Of a DNA stretch of 64,000 nucleotides, positions 1 to 8,439 are shown in pieces. A program made the translations under genes and the position numbers. The stretch comes from Cyclobacteriaceae bacterium (GTDB lineage: Bacteria; Bacteroidota; Bacteroidia; Cytophagales; Cyclobacteriaceae). Numbering within the stretch: position 1 is the stretch's first letter; the number at the start of each line of letters is the position of its first letter. The stretch covers positions 984,698-1,048,697 of the forward strand of contig OZ271832.1 of NCBI GenBank assembly GCA_965601475.1. The letters run 5' to 3'. Under the pieces are notes generated by a model. That model did no database searches. It had not been told where the DNA came from and saw only the letters and a program-made list of their open reading frames with translations.

Positions 1-354
1 TTGATTGTAGACGATTCTATGATGATGAGAGACACCATTGAAAGGTATCTGGAAGATTATGACCTGGAAATCATAGGTACAGCCTCAAACGGGGCAGAAG
101 CACTCGAACTCATTGAATCCGAAAAGCCAGATGTAGTCACGCTGGACATCACCATGCCGGAAATGGACGGCCTGGAATGTCTTGAGAACATCATGGAAAT
201 AAATCCGGAAACCAGGGTGATGATCATCACGGCGCTTTCAGATAAGCTTACAGGCCTGCAGGCTATCGACAAGGGTGCCACGGGTTTCTTTTTGAAACCT
301 GTGGACCCTGAAGAATTGAAAGAGGGTTTCGACGAATTATTGAACAGAGATTAA
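1..354 (+). CDS. CheY-like single-domain response regulator (N-terminus cut by window edge)
   Basis: The translation IVDDS...PDVVTLDITMPEMDG...FFLKP shows the receiver acidic pocket, the phospho-acceptor Asp and the conserved Lys. The frame is open from base 1. Confidence 0.85.
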   Translation: MIVDDSMMMRDTIERYLEDYDLEIIGTASNGAEALELIESEKPDVVTLDITMPEMDGLECLENIMEINPETRVMIITALSDKLTGLQAIDKGATGFFLKPVDPEELKEGFDELLNRD

Positions 355-378
355 CCAAACATCACACAGGAAGAAACA

Positions 379-867
379 ATGAAAACGGTAAACAAAGAAG
401 AGTTTGAAGCTACTTGCCAGCTATTCATCTCAGCAGTTCACAAGTACTTCAGCCACTTGCAGAAGATCACCCAAGAGACTATCCCTCCATCTGAGACAGG
501 GGTACCTTACGTGAAAGACAAGGAAACCGTAGCCCTGAAAGACTGTACCGGAATGATCGGGATTTCCGGTAATCGAAAGGGTTTTGTCTACATCTCCGGC
601 GACAAGGACATGTACAAGGACCTCATCAAGATCTTCGTGCGACGCGATGACCCTACCAACGATCATATCCTGGATATGGCAGGTGAATTGAGCAATGTGG
701 TTTCTGGCAACGTCCGCGAAAGCTATGGCAACGACTTCATGATCTCAGTACCCCTGGTATTCGAAGGGAAGGCCAGTAACGTCAAATTCCCCGATGATGT
801 ACCTGTATTCGTCATCCCCATCTCATGGAAAAACCACGAGGCTTTCCTGGTAATCGGATTGGAATAA
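379..867 (+). CDS. CheX/CheC-like putative CheY-P phosphatase
   Basis: The 162-aa product follows the CheY gene after 24 nt. It contains DMAGELSN, a D-x3-E-x2-N match to the CheC/CheX/FliY phosphatase motif, followed by a Pro-containing strand. The size is typical of CheX. Confidence 0.55.
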   Translation: MKTVNKEEFEATCQLFISAVHKYFSHLQKITQETIPPSETGVPYVKDKETVALKDCTGMIGISGNRKGFVYISGDKDMYKDLIKIFVRRDDPTNDHILDMAGELSNVVSGNVRESYGNDFMISVPLVFEGKASNVKFPDDVPVFVIPISWKNHEAFLVIGLE

Positions 868-878
868 ACGTGATAACA

Positions 879-2138
879 ATGAATAGACTAATAACCATTG
901 TTGCTGTGCTTGGGGCTTCTTTTCAAGTTGAAGCACAGCTGAAAATAACCGGAGAAGTAAGGCCCAGAGCAGAATATCGCGATGGTTTCAAGACGTTCAA
1001 TTCGGATCAGACCGATGCTGCTTTCTTCATTGAGCAAAGGACTAGACTCATCACAAGCTACAAGAAGGACAAGATTACCTTGAAGCTTTCACTACAGGAT
1101 GTGCGATTCTGGGGAGGTACCAGTCAAATCTACAAATCCGATAACGCCCTGATTAACTTCAATGAAGCCTGGGCCGGATACGAACTGGGAAGCGGATCCA
1201 CGATCAAACTGGGTCGACAGGAGTTAGACTACGACAATGCAAGGATTCTCGGCAACCTCGCCTGGGCGCAGCAAAGCCGCAGTCATGATTTGGTGAAATA
1301 TGAGTACGAAGGCATCACTGGTTTTAAGCTCCATGTTGGGGCGGCTTTTAATCAGGAGACCGTAAATGCCCCTGCAGAGCCGGCTCGTCTTTTCAACACC
1401 TTCTACAGCGGGGTAAACAATTACAAGACCATGCAATTCGCCTGGGCGCATCAAAGCTATGAGACAGGAAAGGTGTCACTACTCTTCCTCAGCAATGGGC
1501 TACAGGCAGCTGATTCAACGACCAATTTCGGTTTCACCACAGGTACCTTCTGGAAACAGAAAATGGGGGGATTGAACCTGACCTTTGAGGGATACTACCA
1601 GTTTGGCGAGGATGGCGCAGGAACCACCATCAATGCTTACATGCTGGCATTAGCACTAGGCACCAAACTGGGCAGTCATAACATCGAGATCGGTGGGGAT
1701 CACCTTAGCGGGACGGAACCCGGAGATACGGAAAACAACGCTTTTGCACCACTCTTCGGCACCAATCACAAATTCTACGGTTTGATGGATTACTTCTTCG
1801 TAGGTAATCCCCATGGCAACATCGGCCTTACGGACATCTACCTCAAAACCAACTGGAAGCTGGGAGCAAAGACCAATCTACTGATTCATTTTCACCAGTT
1901 TTTCTCACCCGTCGACATCGTCGATGCTGACCAATCCACCATGTCGTCTTCTTTGGCACAGGAAGTGGACATGGTGCTAAACCACAACATAGCAGAGGGG
2001 ATCAACCTGAAAATCGGGATTTCTGCACTCGACGGATCAGCAACCCTGGGGCAATTCAAAACCGGCGACGATACGACACTCAACTATTGGGGATGGACCA
2101 TGATCACCTTCAAGCCCACCCTATTTACGAAAGAATGA
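879..2138 (+). CDS. Outer-membrane beta-barrel protein (porin / alginate-export-like)
   Basis: I chose the in-frame ATG at 879 because MNRLITIVAVLGASFQVEAQ is a clean signal peptide. The rest is an alternating amphipathic, Gly/aromatic-rich sequence typical of beta-barrels. The family assignment is from memory only. Confidence 0.7.
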   Translation: MNRLITIVAVLGASFQVEAQLKITGEVRPRAEYRDGFKTFNSDQTDAAFFIEQRTRLITSYKKDKITLKLSLQDVRFWGGTSQIYKSDNALINFNEAWAGYELGSGSTIKLGRQELDYDNARILGNLAWAQQSRSHDLVKYEYEGITGFKLHVGAAFNQETVNAPAEPARLFNTFYSGVNNYKTMQFAWAHQSYETGKVSLLFLSNGLQAADSTTNFGFTTGTFWKQKMGGLNLTFEGYYQFGEDGAGTTINAYMLALALGTKLGSHNIEIGGDHLSGTEPGDTENNAFAPLFGTNHKFYGLMDYFFVGNPHGNIGLTDIYLKTNWKLGAKTNLLIHFHQFFSPVDIVDADQSTMSSSLAQEVDMVLNHNIAEGINLKIGISALDGSATLGQFKTGDDTTLNYWGWTMITFKPTLFTKE

Positions 2139-2160
2139 CCTTTGTATTCTATGTCTGTGA

Positions 2161-2189
2161 AAAGGCCGGGGTAACACCTGGCTTTTTTT
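2161..2189 (+). terminator. Rho-independent terminator after the barrel gene
   Basis: The stem gccggg/cctggc (one G-U pair) has a 6-nt loop and is followed by a T7 run at 2183-2189. Confidence 0.55.
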
Positions 2190-2224
2190 ATGCCTTTGAC
2201 GTAGGTGAGTCAGACGCCCTCTTC

Positions 2225-2629
2225 TCACTTCGGATCCAGTCTGAGACTGACCTTATTGAGGTCAAAAGCCACCATGCCACCAGACCCTCTGGACCCTACA
2301 GGGTAATCGCTGTACCACCAGCCCACTTCCGGAATTTGAATTTTGTAGGGGAAAACAACATCAAGGTTCAGGGCTAGGGAATCTCCCTTTAGCGGACAGC
2401 TTCTTCGTAACTGCGAGTGGCTCACAAGCCCTGGGTCTACATCGGACCATGGGATGAGGTAGTGGAAGTCCTGGATTTCGGACCCTATTACCTCCTTCAG
2501 CACCCAAACCGCATCACTGTCGGCAATCTTAGCATACTCGACATACACCTGCAGGCGCTGTGAAAGTCGATCGAGTTGACACAAATGATGACCGTTTCCA
2601 AGATCCACTTCCAAAGATCTGATCGTCAT
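2225..2629 (-). CDS. Hypothetical protein (orphan ORF)
   Basis: This 134-aa ORF fits exactly between two terminator-like hairpins. I recognise no motif, and it overlaps the opposite-strand ORF 2087..2377, so coding status is uncertain. Confidence 0.3.
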   Translation of the reverse strand: MTIRSLEVDLGNGHHLCQLDRLSQRLQVYVEYAKIADSDAVWVLKEVIGSEIQDFHYLIPWSDVDPGLVSHSQLRRSCPLKGDSLALNLDVVFPYKIQIPEVGWWYSDYPVGSRGSGGMVAFDLNKVSLRLDPK

Positions 2630-2694
2630 AGCCTGGCCATTTTAAGTGTTCCGGTCAATAATTCCACTGTCATAAACCACGTTGAGGAAGGAAA

Positions 2695-2730
2695 GGAAGC
2701 ACAGCAGCAGCCGACGCTGCCGTGACTTCC
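2695..2730 (-). terminator. Stem-loop terminator downstream of the SRPBCC gene
   Basis: ggaagcacagcagc / gctgccgtgacttcc forms about 13 bp with one bulge and one mismatch around a 7-nt loop. A T-rich stretch follows on the minus strand. Confidence 0.5.
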
Positions 2731-2741
2731 TCATTCACCTA

Positions 2742-3263
2742 CTACATACTCGCCTCAGCCACTACATTCCCTACAAACTCATTCAGTGAGCTGTCAATGA
2801 AACCCATAAACTGCTCCATGGTCATCTGAGGATTTTCCATGAATTCGTCGTACACTGTGGTCCATACGATCATTGATTTTTGATAGCCCAGATCTACGAC
2901 ATTCCATGTATTGACCATCCCCTTGATGGGAACTCCCTCTACCACGGAGTAGCTAAATGTGCGTCTCGCATCATCATAACTGACAATATTCTCCTTGAAA
3001 TAGCCTTTTCCATCCGGTGCATGACAGGTTCTACTGCCTCCCACACCCATGTTGCCTGTCCACTCCACGGTGGCAATGGTCGAAGAGTATTTGTCGATCT
3101 GATCCATCTTTCTCAAGATGCTCCAAACTTCATCGGCGGACACATCTACAATCTTGGTATATGTTTTCTTGGCATCAGATTTCTGAGCGGTGGCTGTATT
3201 AAACCCTAGCGCCGCCACCATGAGACCAAGGGCTAAAACTGAATTTCGAAGTTTCATATTCAT
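2742..3263 (-). CDS. SRPBCC-fold protein with signal peptide
   Basis: The signal peptide is MKLRNSVLALGLMVAALGFNTATAQ. The body (VSADEVWSILRKMDQIDKY...) resembles polyketide cyclase/START-like SRPBCC proteins. Confidence 0.8.
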   Translation of the reverse strand: MNMKLRNSVLALGLMVAALGFNTATAQKSDAKKTYTKIVDVSADEVWSILRKMDQIDKYSSTIATVEWTGNMGVGGSRTCHAPDGKGYFKENIVSYDDARRTFSYSVVEGVPIKGMVNTWNVVDLGYQKSMIVWTTVYDEFMENPQMTMEQFMGFIDSSLNEFVGNVVAEASM

Positions 3264-3291
3264 TCTTGTTTATTGATTCGTAAAATGTCTG

Positions 3292-3882
3292 TTATTGTGA
3301 TACTGACTGGCCTTCAAACAGACCTTCAGCCAGGAGTGCAAAAGGTTCATCCACTTCAGTCATGGCCAATTGATTGGTGAAATTGGACATCACCTTCACG
3401 CCTATGTTGGTAATCACCTCAATGGCCTGTGGACGAGTATAACCCGCGCTGAAAAAGTCTTCAAGCACTTTGTCCGAGATTCTTCCTTTGCCGCGATAGA
3501 CCTCCAAAGCAAATGACCTGAGCGCATCAAATTTTTCTGTGGGGATAATACCCTCATTTCTGATCGCCTCAAGATCTGCCTCCTCGGAACCAAAAAACTG
3601 TGCACCGGCCATCTGATGTCCTGCAGTGCAATACTTGCACTTATTCACCACGGCAGTGGTCATCTGTATGATGTTGTGCTCCGCGGGTGTCAGTAGTCCG
3701 TTTTTGGCCAGTTCCAACTGCGTGAGCCAGTACGCTCTGAGTGCCGCAGGAGCAGCACTTAGCACCTTGGTCAGGTTAGGTACAAATCCAAAGTTCTCCT
3801 TGTACCAATCAAATACTTCTTTGACTTCCGCAGGCTCATCTGCCAGCTCGTCCATTTTAAATCCCCTGATGGTTTCTTTCAT
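3292..3882 (-). CDS. Carboxymuconolactone decarboxylase / AhpD-like peroxidase family protein
   Basis: It has the CxxC motif CKYC in an all-helical protein of the right size. Its start overlaps the upstream stop in an ATGA junction at 3879-3882. Confidence 0.8.
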   Translation of the reverse strand: MKETIRGFKMDELADEPAEVKEVFDWYKENFGFVPNLTKVLSAAPAALRAYWLTQLELAKNGLLTPAEHNIIQMTTAVVNKCKYCTAGHQMAGAQFFGSEEADLEAIRNEGIIPTEKFDALRSFALEVYRGKGRISDKVLEDFFSAGYTRPQAIEVITNIGVKVMSNFTNQLAMTEVDEPFALLAEGLFEGQSVSQ

Positions 3883-4478
3883 TTCGAAATGTGATTAACA
3901 GTGTATTGATCCTTGATTTCTTTAATCCTCTTGTTGTCCGGTGTGACTTTTTCGCCTGTTTCGACATAGTGTTTGAGGCCCTTGAGGTTATTCTCAAGAC
4001 TCCGCTTGAAACTCCCTTTCATCAGCCCCGTCATCATGGCGGGTTTCCCACGGAATTGTAGCAGGTACGATGCTTTGGAAGTGCCGTCCCCATTGTCGCT
4101 GACACGGTAGTATGCCTGGGTGTTTTCTTTGTCCAGCGGAAACTTGGCCCCATCCAGGATGATGTTGCGCATTTCCATTCTTCGCTCATCAATCTCGGCT
4201 ATTCGCTCGTGCACCCAGCGGGTGCCGTTTGCATTGAGATCACACCTTCGCTCAGCACCCTGCACGCCGGCCAGGGAACCGTTTTGGTAGTTGGCGCCAT
4301 ATATGTAGGGCGACCAGTTGGCAATAGCTCCATAGTCTTTCACCATGGCTTCCCACACCTTCCCGGCGGGGGCATTGATATCAATCTCCACCTCAATGGA
4401 CTTGAATTTCTTATCCATCTTTTGTGCCGTGCCCATCGCTGCGACCAGCAATAGCAGGCCTAAACTCATTGTTCTCAT
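3879..4478 (-). CDS. SRPBCC-fold protein with signal peptide
   Basis: The signal peptide is MRTMSLGLLLLVAAMGTAQ. The segment APAGKVWEAMVKDYGAIANWSP is typical of SRPBCC N-termini. Confidence 0.75.
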   Translation of the reverse strand: MRTMSLGLLLLVAAMGTAQKMDKKFKSIEVEIDINAPAGKVWEAMVKDYGAIANWSPYIYGANYQNGSLAGVQGAERRCDLNANGTRWVHERIAEIDERRMEMRNIILDGAKFPLDKENTQAYYRVSDNGDGTSKASYLLQFRGKPAMMTGLMKGSFKRSLENNLKGLKHYVETGEKVTPDNKRIKEIKDQYTVNHISK

Positions 4479-4512
4479 TTGTTGCGTTCGTTTATTGTAT
4501 TTTGAGTGCCCC

Positions 4513-5019
4513 TTAAGCGGCTTTCTTCATTGCTTTGGCAATCTCTTTGGCCTTGAATTCACTGGGCCTGCCCGTCTCCAGATAAGCCTTGAAGTCCTCA
4601 ATGACCCCTGCAACCAGCTTGGACAGGTTCATTTTCATCATAGGCCCCATAATTGCGCCCATCAAGCCTTTGGTTTCCATTTGCATGTCCATGGTTACCT
4701 TGGTACTCATGCCGTGGCTAGTGAGTGTCCAGGTATTGATGGCAGAGTCGATGAATCCCGGGAAGCCATCTGTGACCTCGTAGCTCAGCACATAATTTCT
4801 GGCATCGAATCTTTTGAGTTCTTCTTCGATCTGTCCAAAACCCTGCACTTCACAGGTCCTGTTGTTGACGGGTGCACCGTCGAATCGGGCTTCTCCATGA
4901 CCTTTTGAATAATCCAGCCCCCTGGCCCATTTGTAGGCGTCGGCGAACTGATTGCCAAGAACCTCCCAAACTTCGTCGACAGGCCTTTTCACTATGATTT
5001 CTTTACTGATATTCATCAC
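4513..5019 (-). CDS. SRPBCC-fold protein (cytoplasmic paralog)
   Basis: The KRPVDEVWEVLGNQFADAYKWA start matches the SRPBCC pattern. There is no signal peptide. Confidence 0.75.
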   Translation of the reverse strand: MMNISKEIIVKRPVDEVWEVLGNQFADAYKWARGLDYSKGHGEARFDGAPVNNRTCEVQGFGQIEEELKRFDARNYVLSYEVTDGFPGFIDSAINTWTLTSHGMSTKVTMDMQMETKGLMGAIMGPMMKMNLSKLVAGVIEDFKAYLETGRPSEFKAKEIAKAMKKAA

Positions 5020-5074
5020 AATTCCTTTTGTTTGGGAGTTGGATGCAGCAGAAATTGAGGTGTGACAGTCGGAA

Positions 5075-5109
5075 TAAAAAAAGCCAAACTGAAAAAATCA
5101 ATTTGGCCT
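5075..5109 (-). terminator. Rho-independent terminator after the ECF sigma gene
   Basis: On the minus strand, GGCCAAAT...TTTGGC forms a hairpin followed by a T7-8 run (plus-strand A run at 5075-5082). Confidence 0.6.
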
Positions 5110-5146
5110 TAAAGCATTGAAAATAAGGATACTTAAAAACTGAAAT

Positions 5147-6016
5147 TTATTGAAAGTACTGCATGAGGTTCTGGTCATTCAGTATCTCTTCGACGACGGT
5201 TTCTGCGTCAAACTGATCTTTTGCCGGATGCTCCCTGAATAGGCTCGAGTGCTTGGCATAGACAGCTTCCGAAGTAGCTTCATAGTTGGCAGAAGCGAAG
5301 TCCAGCATCTTAGATTTGTACCCCACGTTGAAGGTCTTTTTGTCCTCGGTAAGCAATCCCTTTTTGTGAAAGTACTTGCTCTTCTTCGCACATCTACATG
5401 GATTGGCCGGATTGATGAGTCCACATTTGTTGTCCATGAAATTGCACAGTTCCTTGCGTGCGCGATGGAGCTTCATCCGGTAATTTTCCTTGCTGATGTT
5501 GAAGATTTCAGATCCGATGTTGTGATCAATACCAAAGGTGTCTCCAAGAATGAAAATCAACCGTTGCTCCCGGGTCAGGCACATGAGCATACCGGAGAGG
5601 CACCTGAATTGTGCTTCCCGGGTGAGTTCCCGAAGTTCTATTTCCTCCTCCACCGTGAGATCCTCATCAGGAACGGCATCCAGCCGGGCGCCATGATCTT
5701 CCAACGTTGAAAACTGGCCCTCCCCTTTTCTTCTTTTGGTCATCAGGAATTCATTTACCACAATCCGATAGAGCCATGTTCGAAATTGACTTTCGAAATT
5801 GAACTGCGACAGCTTGGTAATCACCTTGATGAGCACCTCCTGGGTGAGGTCAAGTGCATCGTCCGGTTCCCAGGACATTTTCCAGGCCACATTGTAAATG
5901 AAAGGCTGGTGCAATTTGACCAACTTATCGAGCGACTTTCGGTCACCATTCAAAGATGCCCGAACTAATTCTTTATTTTCCTCTTCCGAGTAGTTCTCTG
6001 CTAGTGGGTTAATCAT
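5147..6016 (-). CDS. ECF-type sigma-70 factor with ~110-aa Cys-containing C-terminal extension
   Basis: Sigma region 2 is FIYNVAWKMS...DLTQEVLIKV and region 4 is LTREQRLIFILGDTFG...ENYRMKLHRARKEL. These are followed by CNFMDNKCGLINPANPCRCAKK and about 90 more residues. I used the internal ATG at 6016 (MINPLAENY); the track ORF extends to 6112. Confidence 0.8.
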   Translation of the reverse strand: MINPLAENYSEEENKELVRASLNGDRKSLDKLVKLHQPFIYNVAWKMSWEPDDALDLTQEVLIKVITKLSQFNFESQFRTWLYRIVVNEFLMTKRRKGEGQFSTLEDHGARLDAVPDEDLTVEEEIELRELTREAQFRCLSGMLMCLTREQRLIFILGDTFGIDHNIGSEIFNISKENYRMKLHRARKELCNFMDNKCGLINPANPCRCAKKSKYFHKKGLLTEDKKTFNVGYKSKMLDFASANYEATSEAVYAKHSSLFREHPAKDQFDAETVVEEILNDQNLMQYFQ

Positions 6017-6249
6017 ACTGATAGCTTTTGGGTAGGATGCAGGAGAAAGGCCCGTGTTACTAAAGTGTATAAAAAAATACTGGAATCCCGGCACATTCCT
6101 TCTCCCCAACACTTAATTGGAACCTCCTATCTCTTTTCGGGATTGCTAAACGCCAGTAAGGTTGACTTTATTTGCCAATTCCCCTGCTATGCCCACGCTC
6201 CAAGTGTGTTGGGCCATAATCTGGTCAGAATTATTACACCAGAATGAAG

Positions 6250-8427
6250 CTATCGCTTTAGGACATAATGACTTGTACTGAAATTCTCACCCGCGATCCG
6301 AAGGATGTAAAGTCCCGGTTTCAAATGGCCAATGTCCACGGCAAAAACATTCTCCGCTGACTGAATGGGTCGATGAACGCGCTTCAACAGCCGGCCTTCC
6401 AGATCAAATAGGCCAAGGTCGACAATACGTGCGGTGAGGTTACTCATTCGGATATTCAACTGATCTTCGACAGGATTCGGATATACTTCGAGGTCATGGC
6501 TGTCAAGCTGATCGAAGCTCAGTGCTACTTCAACACGGAGCAGAACAGTATCCACGACGGTGAATTGTGAGTCCGATGCTACCACCAACAGTTCCAAATC
6601 TCCGGTGAAACGATCAGAGCTAAGGCTGTATCGTCCGAGTCCCAGATTGTCAATCGTGACATGGATCGAATCCTGTTCCGGATCCGGGAGATTCAACGAG
6701 TCAACCGGGTTTGATTGCCTATCGACAATGTCCAGGGAGAGTGTCAAGGAATCGGCATCCGGATCCGCAAAGACATCAGCTATATCCAAATCCGTGCTCC
6801 AGGTGGAACGGGAGAATGTCACCTGCAAAGTACCCAACGGATTGACCGCCTGAGGGGCTTCATTCACGTCCTGCAAATTGATGGTGATCACCTCGATCAA
6901 ATCATTGCCCTCGTCATCTTCTGCACGGATCAGCAAGTCAAATTCCTGGAAAACCTCCTGTTCAAAGTCAAGATTGCGCAAAGCAATCAAGTTATTTCCA
7001 TCGATCATGAATACGGTAGTATCCGGCTGAAACTCGATGCTGAAGGTGTGCTTTGCATCATCCAAATCCAAAGCTGAAAGTTCCCCAACCACAAAATCGG
7101 AACCGGAATTCTCCGGAAGGACATTGTTGGAAATGAGAATGGCTGTTGGTGCCAGCCCCCCATTCAAGGGGCCCGAGAAAACCTCAAATTCATCACTGGC
7201 GCTCAGTGACGCATCTTTGGCAAAAACCTCTACGGTAAAGAAACCGGTATAAGCACTGTCTATAGGGCTAATGGTGGCTACGGCGATGGTGTCAATGCTC
7301 ACGGCAATTAACGTATCGGAAGGGACTATTTCAAAAGCCAAGGAATCTCCATCCGGATCGCTGAATAGTGCGGGCAGGTCCAATTCAATCTGCCAATTCG
7401 TACCTGAGAGTACATTCTGGTTGGGTGTACTGGAAAGCAATACTGGTGCTTCGTTTACATTGAGCAGGTTCAGTTCAAAGGCCCTTTTCAGCGTGTTTCC
7501 TGCAGAATCTGCAGCTTGAACCTCAATGTCAAAAATGGAATCAGGTTCACTCTCAAAATCAAAAATGCGTTTCGTCAGAAGTTGACCTTGATCGTCAATA
7601 GAGAAGGTAGTTGTGTCGGGCAGTTGTGTGAAAGTGAAGAGGTGACTGGTGTTGTCAGCATCCGTAGCAGTAAAAGTACCTATCACCGTCCCGACATCTA
7701 CATTTTCAAAAAAGGCCGTATCTGAGAGCACGATATCAGTCACTTTCGCAGAGGCCTCCGTGACGGTGACGGTATATGCCGTGGACTGGCTTTCATCTTC
7801 GGACAGAATGACATAGGTCAATGGATTCGAAAAGTCATTGGGCGTTACGCCACTGATTTGCGCTGCGTCATCCACTGTAGCTCCAGCTCCGGCTGACAGT
7901 TCAAACTCAGCAACCAAAGCACTCAAGTCTGTATCATAGGGCATGGTAAGCGTAACATCCGTACCCGCTATCGTTGTCGTACCCTCCTGGCTGGCGATGG
8001 TGAACGCGCTCAACGCTGCTTCGGAATTGAGGATGGTGTTTGACCAAAAAAACAGATCACTGACATCGCCTATGGTGGCATTCACCTCAAAACCGACAGT
8101 GTCTACTGCGGCAAAGACTTCATCTTCACTGTCATCAAAAATCTGGAAAGTCACCGCCTCACCATCCACATCTCCGAATACAATCAGAAATATCAGGTAC
8201 CGATTGACATCCTCATCAAATATGGGACTTGCGACTCCTCGCACCTCATTGTCTACAAAAGCGCCCAAAATGTCGGCCGGGTCTGTCGAAGCTTCGCCGT
8301 TCACCCGAAGCTCCCCAACCATAACCATAGAATTGCTGAACTGGGAAGCGTCAGGTGTCCAATTCGGTGCCTGAGCATGAACGATCACAATGCTCAGGAC
8401 AAAAAACAGGGATAACAATTTTCTCAT
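6250..8427 (-). CDS. Secreted cadherin-repeat surface protein with T9SS C-terminal sorting domain
   Basis: It has a signal peptide (MRKLLSLFFVLSIVIVHAQA) and two cadherin-like units, each ending in NVNEAP / DVNEAP and each followed by a second Ig-like unit. The C-terminal VYPNPVEDQLNI... tail is typical of type A T9SS sorting domains. Confidence 0.85.
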   Translation of the reverse strand: MRKLLSLFFVLSIVIVHAQAPNWTPDASQFSNSMVMVGELRVNGEASTDPADILGAFVDNEVRGVASPIFDEDVNRYLIFLIVFGDVDGEAVTFQIFDDSEDEVFAAVDTVGFEVNATIGDVSDLFFWSNTILNSEAALSAFTIASQEGTTTIAGTDVTLTMPYDTDLSALVAEFELSAGAGATVDDAAQISGVTPNDFSNPLTYVILSEDESQSTAYTVTVTEASAKVTDIVLSDTAFFENVDVGTVIGTFTATDADNTSHLFTFTQLPDTTTFSIDDQGQLLTKRIFDFESEPDSIFDIEVQAADSAGNTLKRAFELNLLNVNEAPVLLSSTPNQNVLSGTNWQIELDLPALFSDPDGDSLAFEIVPSDTLIAVSIDTIAVATISPIDSAYTGFFTVEVFAKDASLSASDEFEVFSGPLNGGLAPTAILISNNVLPENSGSDFVVGELSALDLDDAKHTFSIEFQPDTTVFMIDGNNLIALRNLDFEQEVFQEFDLLIRAEDDEGNDLIEVITINLQDVNEAPQAVNPLGTLQVTFSRSTWSTDLDIADVFADPDADSLTLSLDIVDRQSNPVDSLNLPDPEQDSIHVTIDNLGLGRYSLSSDRFTGDLELLVVASDSQFTVVDTVLLRVEVALSFDQLDSHDLEVYPNPVEDQLNIRMSNLTARIVDLGLFDLEGRLLKRVHRPIQSAENVFAVDIGHLKPGLYILRIAGENFSTSHYVLKR
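6253..6492 (-). other. T9SS type A C-terminal sorting domain of the cadherin-repeat protein
   Basis: These are the last 80 aa, LEVYPNPVEDQLNIRM...LYILRI... Confidence 0.75.
8038..8370 (-). repeat. Shared module, copy at N-terminus of the cadherin-repeat protein (aa ~20-130)
   Basis: The span is APNWTPDASQFSNSMVMVGELRVNG...ILGAFVDNEVRGVASPIFD..RYLIFLIVF...VTFQIFD. Confidence 0.7.
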
Positions 8428-8439
8428 TTTCAGCTCTAT

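Noticed and set aside
4345-4908. A 187-aa plus-strand ORF, and a similar one at 23722..24111.
   Set aside because: They are antisense to the SRPBCC genes and the YceI gene respectively, which have signal peptides and family patterns.
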